Shown piece after piece: positions 50,218 through 58,727 of a stretch of 64,000 nucleotides of DNA (its first letter is position 1; every line of letters begins with the position of its first letter). The notes beneath the pieces are model-generated. The model was not told the origin of the DNA. It did not search any database and saw only the letters and a program-made list of their open reading frames with translations. This DNA comes from Candidatus Bathyarchaeia archaeon (GTDB lineage: Archaea > Thermoproteota > Bathyarchaeia > Bathyarchaeales > Bathycorpusculaceae). The position numbers and the translations under genes are program-made. The stretch covers positions 32,001 through 96,000 of the forward strand of contig JBEKXL010000005.1 of assembly GCA_049512075.1 (NCBI GenBank), in the 5' to 3' direction.

Positions 50218-51579
50218 ATGACTGTAGATCTTTTGCTGAAGGGAGGAAAAATAGCGACATCGACTGGCGTCACCGAGGCTGACATAGCGGTGGACCAGGG
50301 AAAGATTGTTGCCATCTCGAAAGAAACCAATCTGCCCAAGGCTGACAAGGTGCTGAATGTGGGCGGGCTTTTCGTGCTGCCCGGAATTATTGACGCCCAT
50401 GTGCACGTGTGCGATCCAGGGTTCATCCGTGAAAGCTTCAGGACAGGCACGGCGGCTGCGGCTGCGGGCGGAGTGACAACCATAATCGACATGGCCTCCT
50501 CCGCGCAGCTTCGCACTTCCTCGGTGGCAATGTTGAACAGGAAAAAGGAGATGGCTCAAAAGGAATCTTTCGTGGACTTCGGCCTGTACGGAGGGGAAAT
50601 CGCTGATGAGAAGGACTTGGTGGAAATAGGAGACTTGGTTAGGGCAGGTGTGGTCGGTTTCGGCGAAATAATGATGTGCGGCGACATGCCTGTCAAGAAC
50701 GACGAGATACTGTTTGAGGCTTTCAGGTTGATTTCAAAGGCGAAGTCAGTAGCGGCTGTGCATGCTGAGGACAACTCCGTGCTGACCGATATGAAGGAGC
50801 GGATGGTGTCTAAGGGAAGGAAAGACGTGATGGCGTTTGCCGACTCGCGGCCCAGCGAGGCGGAGGCGCAGGCCATAGCCAAGGCCTTGATCTTGTCTAG
50901 GAAGGTGAATGTGAGTCTTCATGTGTGTCACTTGTCAACAAGGGAAGGCGTGAGCTTGATTCAGGCAGCAAAGGCCCGAGGCTTGCACGTCACGACGGAA
51001 GTTTGTCCGCATCATCTGTTTTTCACGAGAGACTCGTACAGTGAACTGGGCCCCTGCATCGTTACTACTCCACCTCTACGGACAAAATATGACGCACATG
51101 CGCTTTGGAACGGTCTGTATGATGGAACCGTAGACTTAGTTGTGTCTGATCATTGTGCCTTTAAGAAGAAAGAAAAGGACGTGGGTTTGCAAGACGTTTG
51201 GAAAACTCCGCCAGGGGTACCCGGACTCGAAACGCTTGCTCTAGTGATGCTGGGAAAGGGAGTTAAAGAGGGAAAGATTTCGCTTGAAAGATTCGTCAAG
51301 GCTTCCTCTGAAAACCCGGCTAAACTCTTCGGGCTGTATCCGAAGAAGGGCGTTTTGCAGCAGGGCGCTGACGCAGACATCGTGGTTTTTGACTTTCACA
51401 AGCAGCACAGGATCAAGGCTGAGGATATGAAGTGCGTCGCCGACTACACGCCCTACGAAGGGTGGGTGGTGGCTGCAGAGCATGCTGTGACGTTGGTTCG
51501 GGGACGAATCGTCGCGAAAGAGGGCGAGGTTGTGGGAAAAATGGGGTATGGCGCTTTCGTGAAGCCTTCATTAAGGTGA
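50218..51579 (+). CDS. Cyclic amidohydrolase (hydantoinase/allantoinase/dihydroorotase family)
   Basis: PGIIDAHVH, AAAGGVTTIIDM, HAED, HLS, EVCPHHL, PPLR, SDH, GADAD. Confidence 0.9.
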   Translation: MTVDLLLKGGKIATSTGVTEADIAVDQGKIVAISKETNLPKADKVLNVGGLFVLPGIIDAHVHVCDPGFIRESFRTGTAAAAAGGVTTIIDMASSAQLRTSSVAMLNRKKEMAQKESFVDFGLYGGEIADEKDLVEIGDLVRAGVVGFGEIMMCGDMPVKNDEILFEAFRLISKAKSVAAVHAEDNSVLTDMKERMVSKGRKDVMAFADSRPSEAEAQAIAKALILSRKVNVSLHVCHLSTREGVSLIQAAKARGLHVTTEVCPHHLFFTRDSYSELGPCIVTTPPLRTKYDAHALWNGLYDGTVDLVVSDHCAFKKKEKDVGLQDVWKTPPGVPGLETLALVMLGKGVKEGKISLERFVKASSENPAKLFGLYPKKGVLQQGADADIVVFDFHKQHRIKAEDMKCVADYTPYEGWVVAAEHAVTLVRGRIVAKEGEVVGKMGYGAFVKPSLR

Positions 51580-51733
51580 AAAAGAACATCACAGGTGAAG
51601 AATTTACAGCTGTCTGTCGAAGACCATGGCGGGCGCAAAACCCAGCAAGCCATTCTTGTCAGGTTTTCTGGACGTAACCTACCCCGGTCTACTATGATAC
51701 AAATATGACTTCAAGAAAAGTGTGCGCAGTAGG

Positions 51734-51808
51734 TGGGCCGGACCGGACTTGAACCGGCGACCTTTGGCTCGTAAAGCCAATGTCCTAACCAAGCTAGACG
51801 ACCGGCCC
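51734..51808 (-). tRNA. tRNA-Val(TAC), intronless, CCA not fully encoded
   Basis: GGGCCGG TC GTCTAGCTTGGTTAGGAC A TTGGC TT TAC GA GCCAA AGGTC GCCGG TTCAAGT CCGGT CCGGCCC A folds as a cloverleaf. Confidence 0.96.
51767..51808 (-). repeat. att site within the intact tRNA
   Basis: Matches 55349-55390 at 41/42 positions. Confidence 0.92.
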
Positions 51809-52092
51809 ACATTTTTAGATTCTAAGCCTAAATCATTGAGTTTATGTTCAATGGTATTTTCGGTTCTACATTGAACACTTGAACACTGGCCGTTGTTGCT
51901 AGTGCCCAAGTTTTCATTAGGCCCAAGTTCCTTTGGTATCCTCTCTACATAATCTTTACTCTGTTGATGATAGAAGAACTCTGATTTTTTAGTGACAGGA
52001 TTCAGTCCTTTATAGTGCCTTATCCGATAGTAGTTTTTGCCTACCTTCTGTAAGAATCCCTCAATTCCACATTGTTCACATTTCAATCTCAC
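51767..52092 (-). pseudogene. int(N): N-terminal fragment of the split integrase (ORF continues through the tRNA to 51679)
   Basis: MRLKCEQCG...ESKNV-GRSSSLVRTLALRA; same att-encoded peptide as int(C); GGAGGTG SD before GTG. Confidence 0.8.
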
Positions 52093-52295
52093 TATTTCAC
52101 CTCCTTAGTTTCCATTATGCACTCAGCCTGAGAGCTTTTCAAGGATATAATGACCATTGAGAAGTTTTCAGGGTTCGTTAATAGGATGTAAAAGGTACAC
52201 ATTGTAGGATACATCTTAAACTGCAGTATAGCCTTAGTCTTCAGGACAGTATTAAATCCTATAGAGACAGAAGACAAAAGATCCATGACACTATC

Positions 52296-53096
52296 GGTTC
52301 TGTTAACTTTTCGAGACTTGAGTGATGGAAGATCTTCCTGAATTACTAGCACAACTCAAAATGGAAAAATAAAGACTCCTACACTATTTCGCATCTGCCA
52401 GATATTTCAGGTGAAATGGTTTTCTAATACTTGTTGGGTTAATGTTTGCGATGAAGCTTTGACTATCAATCAATAAGTTTGAAAACTCACTGTTGTGCTC
52501 TCTCATGAACTCTACATAGTCTGAATAGCTCTTGTGGAATGAAACAAAGATGCCATCCCATCCCATTCCTTGTCCTTCTATGGCTAAGATAACATTCGGT
52601 TGTTTCATCATCCACTCTTTCACTCTCTTGAAAGCTGCTTCGCTCACTTCAGGTTTGGTATACTTAATATTGTGTTTTACAAAGCTGAACACAACAAGTT
52701 CAAAACCAATTTTCTCCCATTTCGGTATCGCCGTATACCCATCAATAAAGCTCTTTTCAAGATTGACCCTTTTCCTGCTGACAGTGGGCTGAGAAATTCC
52801 GAGAACCTTAGCCAATTCTCTGTCACTCCTGCGGCTATTCTTCATCAGTTCACACAGAAGTTTGTTATCGATAGTTTTCATTTTATCCATGGCACATCAT
52901 TAATTAGTCCTTTTTACAATTCTTAAGACTTTTGGAAGACTCTTCGATTGAAATCCTGAAATTGGTTCTGTTGACTCTTGCCTTTCTTATATTATGTCAT
53001 TTCAAGCTGTATTAGTAATTTAAGAAAATCGGTTCTCCCTCTTTGGTTAACGTAGGCATATCTTTATCCATGCAAGCCCTAAGAGTTAACAGAACC
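52296..53096. mobile_element. Non-autonomous IS6-like element carrying an Lrp/AsnC gene
   Basis: 16-bp TIRs: GGTTCTGTTAACTTTT (52296-52311) and the reverse complement of GGTTCTGTTAACTCTT (53081-53096). Third copy at 52964-52979. Flanks ACACTATC / ACATTATC (7/8). Confidence 0.6.
52384..52890 (-). CDS. Lrp/AsnC family transcriptional regulator
   Basis: NSRRSDRELAKVLGISQPTVSR HTH, GYTAIP.WEKIG. Confidence 0.9.
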   Translation of the reverse strand: MDKMKTIDNKLLCELMKNSRRSDRELAKVLGISQPTVSRKRVNLEKSFIDGYTAIPKWEKIGFELVVFSFVKHNIKYTKPEVSEAAFKRVKEWMMKQPNVILAIEGQGMGWDGIFVSFHKSYSDYVEFMREHNSEFSNLLIDSQSFIANINPTSIRKPFHLKYLADAK

Positions 53097-53134
53097 ACAT
53101 TATCTTATCTTCAACATAACATTATCTTATCTTC
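53097..53134. repeat. 16-bp direct repeat ACATTATCTTATCTTC x2
   Basis: Copies at 53097-53112 and 53119-53134. Confidence 0.8.
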
Positions 53135-53178
53135 TATCTTTCTTTCTGCTACATCAGATCCTTGAGATCAATGCTAAG

Positions 53179-53601
53179 ATGGATGTGGTCAATGTTAAGT
53201 CTCCAAAGCATCTTGAACTGAAACCATTTATCATAGAGAAAAAAGACGGAAGCAAAATCGGTTTTGTATCCCATTTCTACGTCCTACATCCTGCAGCTAG
53301 GCAACTGGAAATAGGCTATATTTTGGTGCCGAGTGAGAGGGGGAAAGGCTACTGCACAGAAGCCGTCAACATTATGGTGGACTACTTGTTTCTTTCAAAT
53401 AATATAGAGCGTATTCAAGCCCAGACTGATGTGAGAAATGTGGGTTCACAGAAGGTTCTGGAAAAAGCAGGTTTCAAGAAGGAAGGAACAATTCGCAAAC
53501 TCTTTTTCCTCAGAGGACAACTCAGAGACGCTTGTTTGTATAGCATTCTCAGAGAAGAATGGAAGGAACCAAAAATACTAACAAGAACCGAGAAGAAGTA
53601 G
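53179..53601 (+). pseudogene. RimJ/RimL-type GNAT acetyltransferase, probably 5'-truncated
   Basis: EIGY..ERGKGYCTEA, NVGSQKVLEKAGFKKEG; lacks the usual N-terminal strand/helix. Confidence 0.7.
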
Positions 53602-53751
53602 AAAGATTCTGTCTGTTATTAACATATAAACTATTGAATAAGGCTGTTCGGAGATCATAATGTCAATTCCTCATAATTCTCAGATCCCCAGTTGCTCTTC
53701 CAAAAGCTAGAGGCTCCATAGAAGTTCAGAGCCTAAGCATTTAATCTTCTT

Positions 53752-53895
53752 TTAGTATCTTGTTCTCTCTTTTTTGGAGGGTTTCTTTCCTTTTCTTCCA
53801 CTCCACTGGTATCCACATACTTCACACTTCTTGGAACCAGCTTGAACTATTATTTTCTTACTTCCACATTGGGAACATCGTTCTTTTCGAGCCAT
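53752..53895 (-). CDS. 47-aa basic Zn-ribbon microprotein
   Basis: MARKERCSQCGSKKIIVQAGSKKCEVCGYQWSGRKGKKPSKKERTRY; below the ORF-track cutoff; purine-rich SD-like GGATGAAG upstream. Confidence 0.75.
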   Translation of the reverse strand: MARKERCSQCGSKKIIVQAGSKKCEVCGYQWSGRKGKKPSKKERTRY

Positions 53896-53969
53896 CTACT
53901 TCATCCACTAGGCATGTTTCATTTATCCAGTAATGCTTATGCTTCTAGATAGTTATTTCTATTGATCAA

Positions 53970-54006
53970 GATTTCAGGGACTCCCTAGAAGTTTTTCATC
54001 GAAGTT
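53970..54006. repeat. 37-bp direct repeat, copy 1
   Basis: GATTTCAGGGACTCCCTAGAAGTTTTTCATCGAAGTT. Confidence 0.9.
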
Positions 54007-54064
54007 TCAACTGTTCTACAGACAAAGAAAAGAGGGAACTAGTGATGTGCGAAAATGCTGGGTC

Positions 54065-54331
54065 TTAGGTAACCAGAACACTTTGTATCAGTGATGAAGA
54101 ATCAAATTCCTCAATCAGCTTCAACCCTTCATCTGTGGTTTGGTATATGTTGCCCTTTTCTTCAATAAAACCATGGGCTTTCAGAAACTCGATATACCTG
54201 GTGAATTGTCCGTAACTTAGAGAAACCGAACTAAGCAAGTGTATTTGCCTGATGCCCTTCTTTGCAGCTTTCAGAATGGCTACAGAAATGATCAAAGAAC
54301 TTCTCCTTTTCGACGGGAAAGTCAGGTCCAT
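54065..54331 (-). CDS. Small winged-helix protein (ArnR1-like wHTH)
   Basis: KRRSSLII..ILKAA, LSY..F.RYI.FL..GFI, YQTT..GLKL; GGGGAG SD before ATG 54331. Confidence 0.82.
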   Translation of the reverse strand: MDLTFPSKRRSSLIISVAILKAAKKGIRQIHLLSSVSLSYGQFTRYIEFLKAHGFIEEKGNIYQTTDEGLKLIEEFDSSSLIQSVLVT

Positions 54332-54356
54332 AACACTCTCCCCCACTGTATAGAAC

Positions 54357-54372
54357 TATCTTCTAGAAGATA
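54357..54372. promoter_or_regulatory. Perfect 16-bp palindrome TATCTTCTAGAAGATA, candidate operator
   Basis: About 25 bp upstream of the wHTH start codon. Confidence 0.45.
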
Positions 54373-54399
54373 AACATACCTTATGAGCGGGAAAAGGAG

Positions 54400-54436
54400 G
54401 ATTTCAGAGACTCCCTAGAAGTTTTTCATCGAAGTT
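54400..54436. repeat. 37-bp direct repeat, copy 2
   Basis: GATTTCAGAGACTCCCTAGAAGTTTTTCATCGAAGTT (36/37 to copy 1). Confidence 0.9.
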
Positions 54437-54480
54437 CTAAGGGCTATATGAAAAGAAAGTGGAATGTCGAACTGTTTCGA

Positions 54481-55390
54481 TTAGGTAGTTTTGTTGAATG
54501 TTTGTTCTAGCTCTGACAATGCCTTTAGTGTTCTGTCTCTTAACTCTGACAGCTTTAGGAGTCCAATAATGTTTCACAAAGATGCTTGGTGGTATTCTGC
54601 CTTGTAAGAGGTTAATCTCTTGTTCCAATATTCCATGTCTCAGTAGATAGGTACCGAAGAAATCTCTTAATTCGTTTATCCTGCATCTCTGTTTGTTTCT
54701 CAATAATCTTTTCCTAATCATCTCATAGGTTATGGGCTCGCTGTTAGCTATCTCACCTGTGCCATGTTTTCTGTTATGAATGTGATGAAGCAATTCTTAG
54801 TTTTTCGTATGAAGTCTTTGGGATATTTGAAGTGCCATAAACAGTTAAGGCTAGAATCATAGTATTCTGATAATCTATGGTTTTTGGCTAATTCGATGAT
54901 CCTGTTGAAAGACTTGATGGCCTCATTTTTTCTGAGTCCAGAAAACAGCAGATACTTCAGGAAAGTCCTTTCGTTATTTCTGAGTAGATCTTGAACTTCA
55001 GCATACCATTTTAGGATATCTAAGTCATTTCCGTTCATTATTCTTAAGAAGGCATTGAAAGTACTTGGACTCGATAGTTTAATACCGTGATTCTTCAGCT
55101 TAGATGCAAAGTTATCATAGACTCCTAGATATTTGCTGAGAATTGTTAGAGACTTGACGCAGTTGTTTTTGATGGATTGAGGCAATAAGTCTAGGTCCCT
55201 AAGGTTATCAGAGAATACAAATCTGTAGTATCTCTTGACATAACACATTATTGTATGATGGTAGGATTCTGCATACTTGCCCTTGACCCAGTGGTCAAAT
55301 TCATCTAGATTTAATGTTGTTTCATGGTTTGGGTCAATGTTAGAACATGCTCGTAAAGCCAATGTCCTCACCAAGCTAGACGACCGGCCC
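54481..55390 (-). pseudogene. int(C): catalytic part of an SSV-type tyrosine integrase with two frameshifts
   Basis: SGLRKNEA, RKTKNCF, ELRDFF, LLQGRIP, KHYW. Frameshifts near 54760 and 54555; the restored tail reads PKLSELRDRTLKALSELEQ. Confidence 0.85.
55349..55390 (-). repeat. att site: duplicated 5' half of tRNA-Val
   Basis: GGGCCGGTCGTCTAGCTTGGTGAGGACATTGGCTTTACGAGC, then diverges from the tRNA. Confidence 0.92.
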
Positions 55391-55422
55391 TTTTGCACTA
55401 TCCTAACACTCATCAAGCCATT

Positions 55423-56415
55423 TTACTTTTCTGTCCTCGTCAGCTCAGCAGCAACTCTTCCAATGATGCCGACGGGGTCTTCCAGACGAGCAAGCTTGGA
55501 TTTCACGTCAAACCGTTTGCCAAGATACTTCTTCGAATACCTCAATGCTTCGCGTGTATTTGTTATAAACAAGGGAAACCCGAGCTTTGCGAGATACTTG
55601 TTAACATAGGTGCGTCCTATTTCAGAGACTACTATGCTGGGCACACCCTGCAATGCAGCCTCTCTAGATATTGTTCCGCCTACACTAACAACCAAGTCCG
55701 CATGCGCAACAACACTGGCCGAATCCACAAAATCTGACTCGGTAGCTGCGCCTTCCTTTTCAGTCCTCTCATATCGAGAGATGAAAAGAACGTTTCCCAG
55801 TGAACCCAGTTTCTCGGTGAGCTCCACTGTTTCATCACGTTTTCCAAGCGCGTACGCGGCTCTGGTCTCCATCTGCCTTACCACAATCAGCGGCTTCTCA
55901 AACTCGAACTTTCCAATGGGCTTGAAGTCTTTAATCCATGCGACCTCATCTACTCCTTTGAACTGGACGATGCTCTTTGCCCCGAATCTTCTGAAAAACC
56001 CCTGAGGGATGGCTTCAGAAATAACCAGGGTTTCCGCTAGAGGCACCGTCAACCTGTTCACCGCGTTCGCGTGCGGCGTGTCCGCGGTCAAGATTACTGG
56101 CACACCCAGCCCAAATGCGACACGGCACAGCTCGACAGACTGGTGCGATATGGCCACGTCGGGCAAGCGATCCTTGAACAATTCTGCGAGCTGAACCATT
56201 CGCTTAGCGCTTTCCTCTAACCTGGAAAAAAGTGATGTGGGGGAGTACTTTCCGACGACAACGGGGTTTTCACCTAGCACTCGGGCCAAAAACAAGGTGT
56301 CAGGATGCTCCCTAGTCGTAAAAATAACTTCGTGTCCCGCTTTCCTTAACTGCTTAGCTATGGCGGCGCCGTACCTGACGTGTTTGCCCGTACAGGCATC
56401 GTACCACACCCTCAT
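55423..56415 (-). CDS. DUF354-family protein (GT-B-like)
   Basis: MRVWYD..KHV, DTPHA, FKGVDEVAW, GGTISREAALQGVP. Confidence 0.8.
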   Translation of the reverse strand: MRVWYDACTGKHVRYGAAIAKQLRKAGHEVIFTTREHPDTLFLARVLGENPVVVGKYSPTSLFSRLEESAKRMVQLAELFKDRLPDVAISHQSVELCRVAFGLGVPVILTADTPHANAVNRLTVPLAETLVISEAIPQGFFRRFGAKSIVQFKGVDEVAWIKDFKPIGKFEFEKPLIVVRQMETRAAYALGKRDETVELTEKLGSLGNVLFISRYERTEKEGAATESDFVDSASVVAHADLVVSVGGTISREAALQGVPSIVVSEIGRTYVNKYLAKLGFPLFITNTREALRYSKKYLGKRFDVKSKLARLEDPVGIIGRVAAELTRTEK

Positions 56416-56419
56416 TCTT

Positions 56420-56932
56420 TCACCTGCCGGGGCGCTTCAGAAAGGCGTTACGTTTGGCTTCATATGCCTCCAAAGTCATCGCTGGCCTTGCTGGAACCCC
56501 CATCACAACCGTCTTGGGCGGAACATCACGGGTCACTACGCTTCCGCCACCGACGACGGAGCCTTCTCCAACTGTGACATCTGGCAGGATTGTGACGCCG
56601 CCGCCTATGATTGCCCTGTTCTTGACGAAGACGGGCGTCAACGTACCGCTCTTGGGGTATTTGTCGTTCAAGAGACTTGTGTTGGGAGCTATGAAGACGG
56701 AGTCGCCTATCTTGCATTCGTTTGAAATCGTCACATGCGCCTGAATGCTGCAGTCTTTTCCGATCACCACGTTCTTGCCGATGTCGCAGAAGCTGCCGAT
56801 CACGGTTCCGTCGCCAATTTTCGTGTTGTCGCCTAAGACAACGAAGTTCCAAACTGTGACGTCCTTGCCGAACTTGACGTTTTCTCCTGTCTCAACGCTT
56901 TTTCCTATCTTCGGCTTCAGCATGAAGTCCAC
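56420..56932 (-). CDS. Hexapeptide-repeat N-acetyltransferase (WbpD-like)
   Basis: LbH repeats, NDKYP, VGGGSVVTRDVP..GVPAR. Confidence 0.88.
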   Translation of the reverse strand: MDFMLKPKIGKSVETGENVKFGKDVTVWNFVVLGDNTKIGDGTVIGSFCDIGKNVVIGKDCSIQAHVTISNECKIGDSVFIAPNTSLLNDKYPKSGTLTPVFVKNRAIIGGGVTILPDVTVGEGSVVGGGSVVTRDVPPKTVVMGVPARPAMTLEAYEAKRNAFLKRPGR

Positions 56933-57136
56933 TTTCCCGCTTCTACGATTTTACAAGTGCCAAGTTTAAATAGTTTGGTAGTTCGATGCCAGCGCGCGCG
57001 CTTTCGCATCTGGGGGTCAGGAGCTCGCCCATTCTTCATCGTTGAACACTCCATTATAATCATGAATTCAATTCGTTTATTAAGAGTGCTTGCCCACCCT
57101 GCCGATTTGTATCAGTGCGTGCTAGTCTATGCGAGG

Positions 57137-58510
57137 TTAGCGGGCGTAAGCTATCCACTTGTCTTTTTCAAGCCTTGCGGTGTACCCTCTCTTCCTGAGT
57201 CCCTCGTAGAGTGGCGCACCAGCGTACTCCTTGTTGAGGACAACTATATCCGCGAGTTCTGCCGCTCGTTCTTCAAAGTCGAGTTCCAATTTGGTAGCGT
57301 AGTCTTTTCCGCTGAAATACGAGATAGGGTAGGTGAACTCCTTGGGCAAAGCGGCTATGGTGCGTCCTTCAATCGCGGATATTTCCTTGAAAATCTCTGT
57401 GTCGGCCTCACTGACAAGATATTTCTGATGTCTGCCGAAAAGTCTCAACACGTAGTAGTAGCCTATAGCGATGCCCGCAACGATGAAAGGGGCGTAGGCC
57501 CATAACAGATTTGATGAATAATTAACTGCGGACGCAGCCCAGAAAGCCAATGGAAAAACCATGTACCCCAGATACCGCCATCCCTCACCTATTATTCTGA
57601 ACCTCCAGAAATTGGTCAATACTGCGAATAGCGCTAACGTGATGATCCATACAAATGAGGAAATCAATGAGGCTGAAAAAATGTTTCCCCAGAGGACAAA
57701 TATCGAGGCAGTAAAGAATAGGATCCAAGGACAATAGATTGCCAACGCTGCTGTCTTTCTCAGGGGGCTTTCGGTGCGACTGTATACGAATTGTTTCAAG
57801 TAGCTTGATTTCAAGTGGTCAACGTGGGCTTTTAGCACTTTAAGATAATACCCCTTTGAGATAGCCCGGGAGATGAGGAAGCCCGCTGCGACAGAAAGCA
57901 GATAGTCAAATCTTCCGATGAACAGGAACGCCAAGGACGTGAAGAGTACTACTTGAGCCGCGAACTTGTGAAGCAGAAGAATGAAAGCGACTAATACGGA
58001 AATGACAAGGAAATTGAACCACGAAAAATTGAGGGAAAAGAGGTAGATGAATGAAACCAAAAGAATACTAAGCGGTCGGATACAAAAGCAGAAAGTCTGC
58101 TGAAAAATCATAGGAGAACTCAAGTACACGCCCGCAGCCAGAGCCGCGAGCACGACATTGTTCGTTATCAGAATCGTTGAAATAGTAAGAATGAGCGAGA
58201 TGAAAGCGTCTGCAAGAGCCGGACCGTATTTCACCATTGGTTTCACGAAGTTTTCTGGAATAACAGCCAGCAAATAGAAAAAAAGCGGAGGATAATACTT
58301 GTCCGCTTCAACGCTTTCTCCTCTGATTCTGCTGGAAAGCTTGAAACCGTGTTCTCTTATCTTCTTGGCATCAATCAGAAATATCCAGGTATCGGCGCTG
58401 GACAGAAACATTCCCTTCAGTCTTCTGCCTAGGTAGAAGTGCCACTGAGTAAGTCTCGCAAAAAAAACGATTGCGCCAAGGAACACTGAAGGCAGCAAAT
58501 CTAGTCCCAT
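57137..58510 (-). CDS. Polytopic membrane protein, possible GT-C glycosyltransferase
   Basis: About 11 TM; D after TM1 (SADTW), YPPLF, HKF, GEGWRY. Confidence 0.6.
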   Translation of the reverse strand: MGLDLLPSVFLGAIVFFARLTQWHFYLGRRLKGMFLSSADTWIFLIDAKKIREHGFKLSSRIRGESVEADKYYPPLFFYLLAVIPENFVKPMVKYGPALADAFISLILTISTILITNNVVLAALAAGVYLSSPMIFQQTFCFCIRPLSILLVSFIYLFSLNFSWFNFLVISVLVAFILLLHKFAAQVVLFTSLAFLFIGRFDYLLSVAAGFLISRAISKGYYLKVLKAHVDHLKSSYLKQFVYSRTESPLRKTAALAIYCPWILFFTASIFVLWGNIFSASLISSFVWIITLALFAVLTNFWRFRIIGEGWRYLGYMVFPLAFWAASAVNYSSNLLWAYAPFIVAGIAIGYYYVLRLFGRHQKYLVSEADTEIFKEISAIEGRTIAALPKEFTYPISYFSGKDYATKLELDFEERAAELADIVVLNKEYAGAPLYEGLRKRGYTARLEKDKWIAYAR

Positions 58511-58727
58511 CTCAAGGCCTTCGTCTTATCATTAGACAAAATATAACAAAGCCGACGCAATATAACCTCTTACTTCAAACGTCAGGTTTTGCATCTTGCC
58601 TCTCAGATGGAGCTATGCATTTGCATAGTGCGTGGCGTGCATGACGAAAAAGCTATGAACAGAGGATGATTTCTTATATGCTAGCGCGTGGGAGAAATTG
58701 CGAACGCGAAGGTAATGGTGTTGAACA

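Larger units (their letters stand above)
51767..55390. mobile_element. Integrated element (about 3.6 kb) in the tRNA-Val 5' half, with SSV-type split integrase
   Basis: 42-bp direct repeats at 51767-51808 and 55349-55390 (1 mismatch); visibly AT-richer than the flanks; integrase fragments at both ends. Confidence 0.9.

Noticed and set aside
52092-52352. 86-aa minus-strand ORF upstream of int(N)
   Set aside because: Crosses the IS-like end and AT-rich spacer with no motif; probably spurious.
53970-54436. 37-bp repeats as a CRISPR array
   Set aside because: Only two full copies, separated by about 390 bp containing a gene; no cas genes.
55349-55390. Split or permuted tRNA half
   Set aside because: Better explained as an att duplication: integrase fragments lie at both copies, an intact tRNA is present, and I saw no complementary leader/trailer for trans-splicing.
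56957-57505. 182-aa plus-strand ORF
   Set aside because: Mostly antisense to the membrane protein gene, with no recognisable features.
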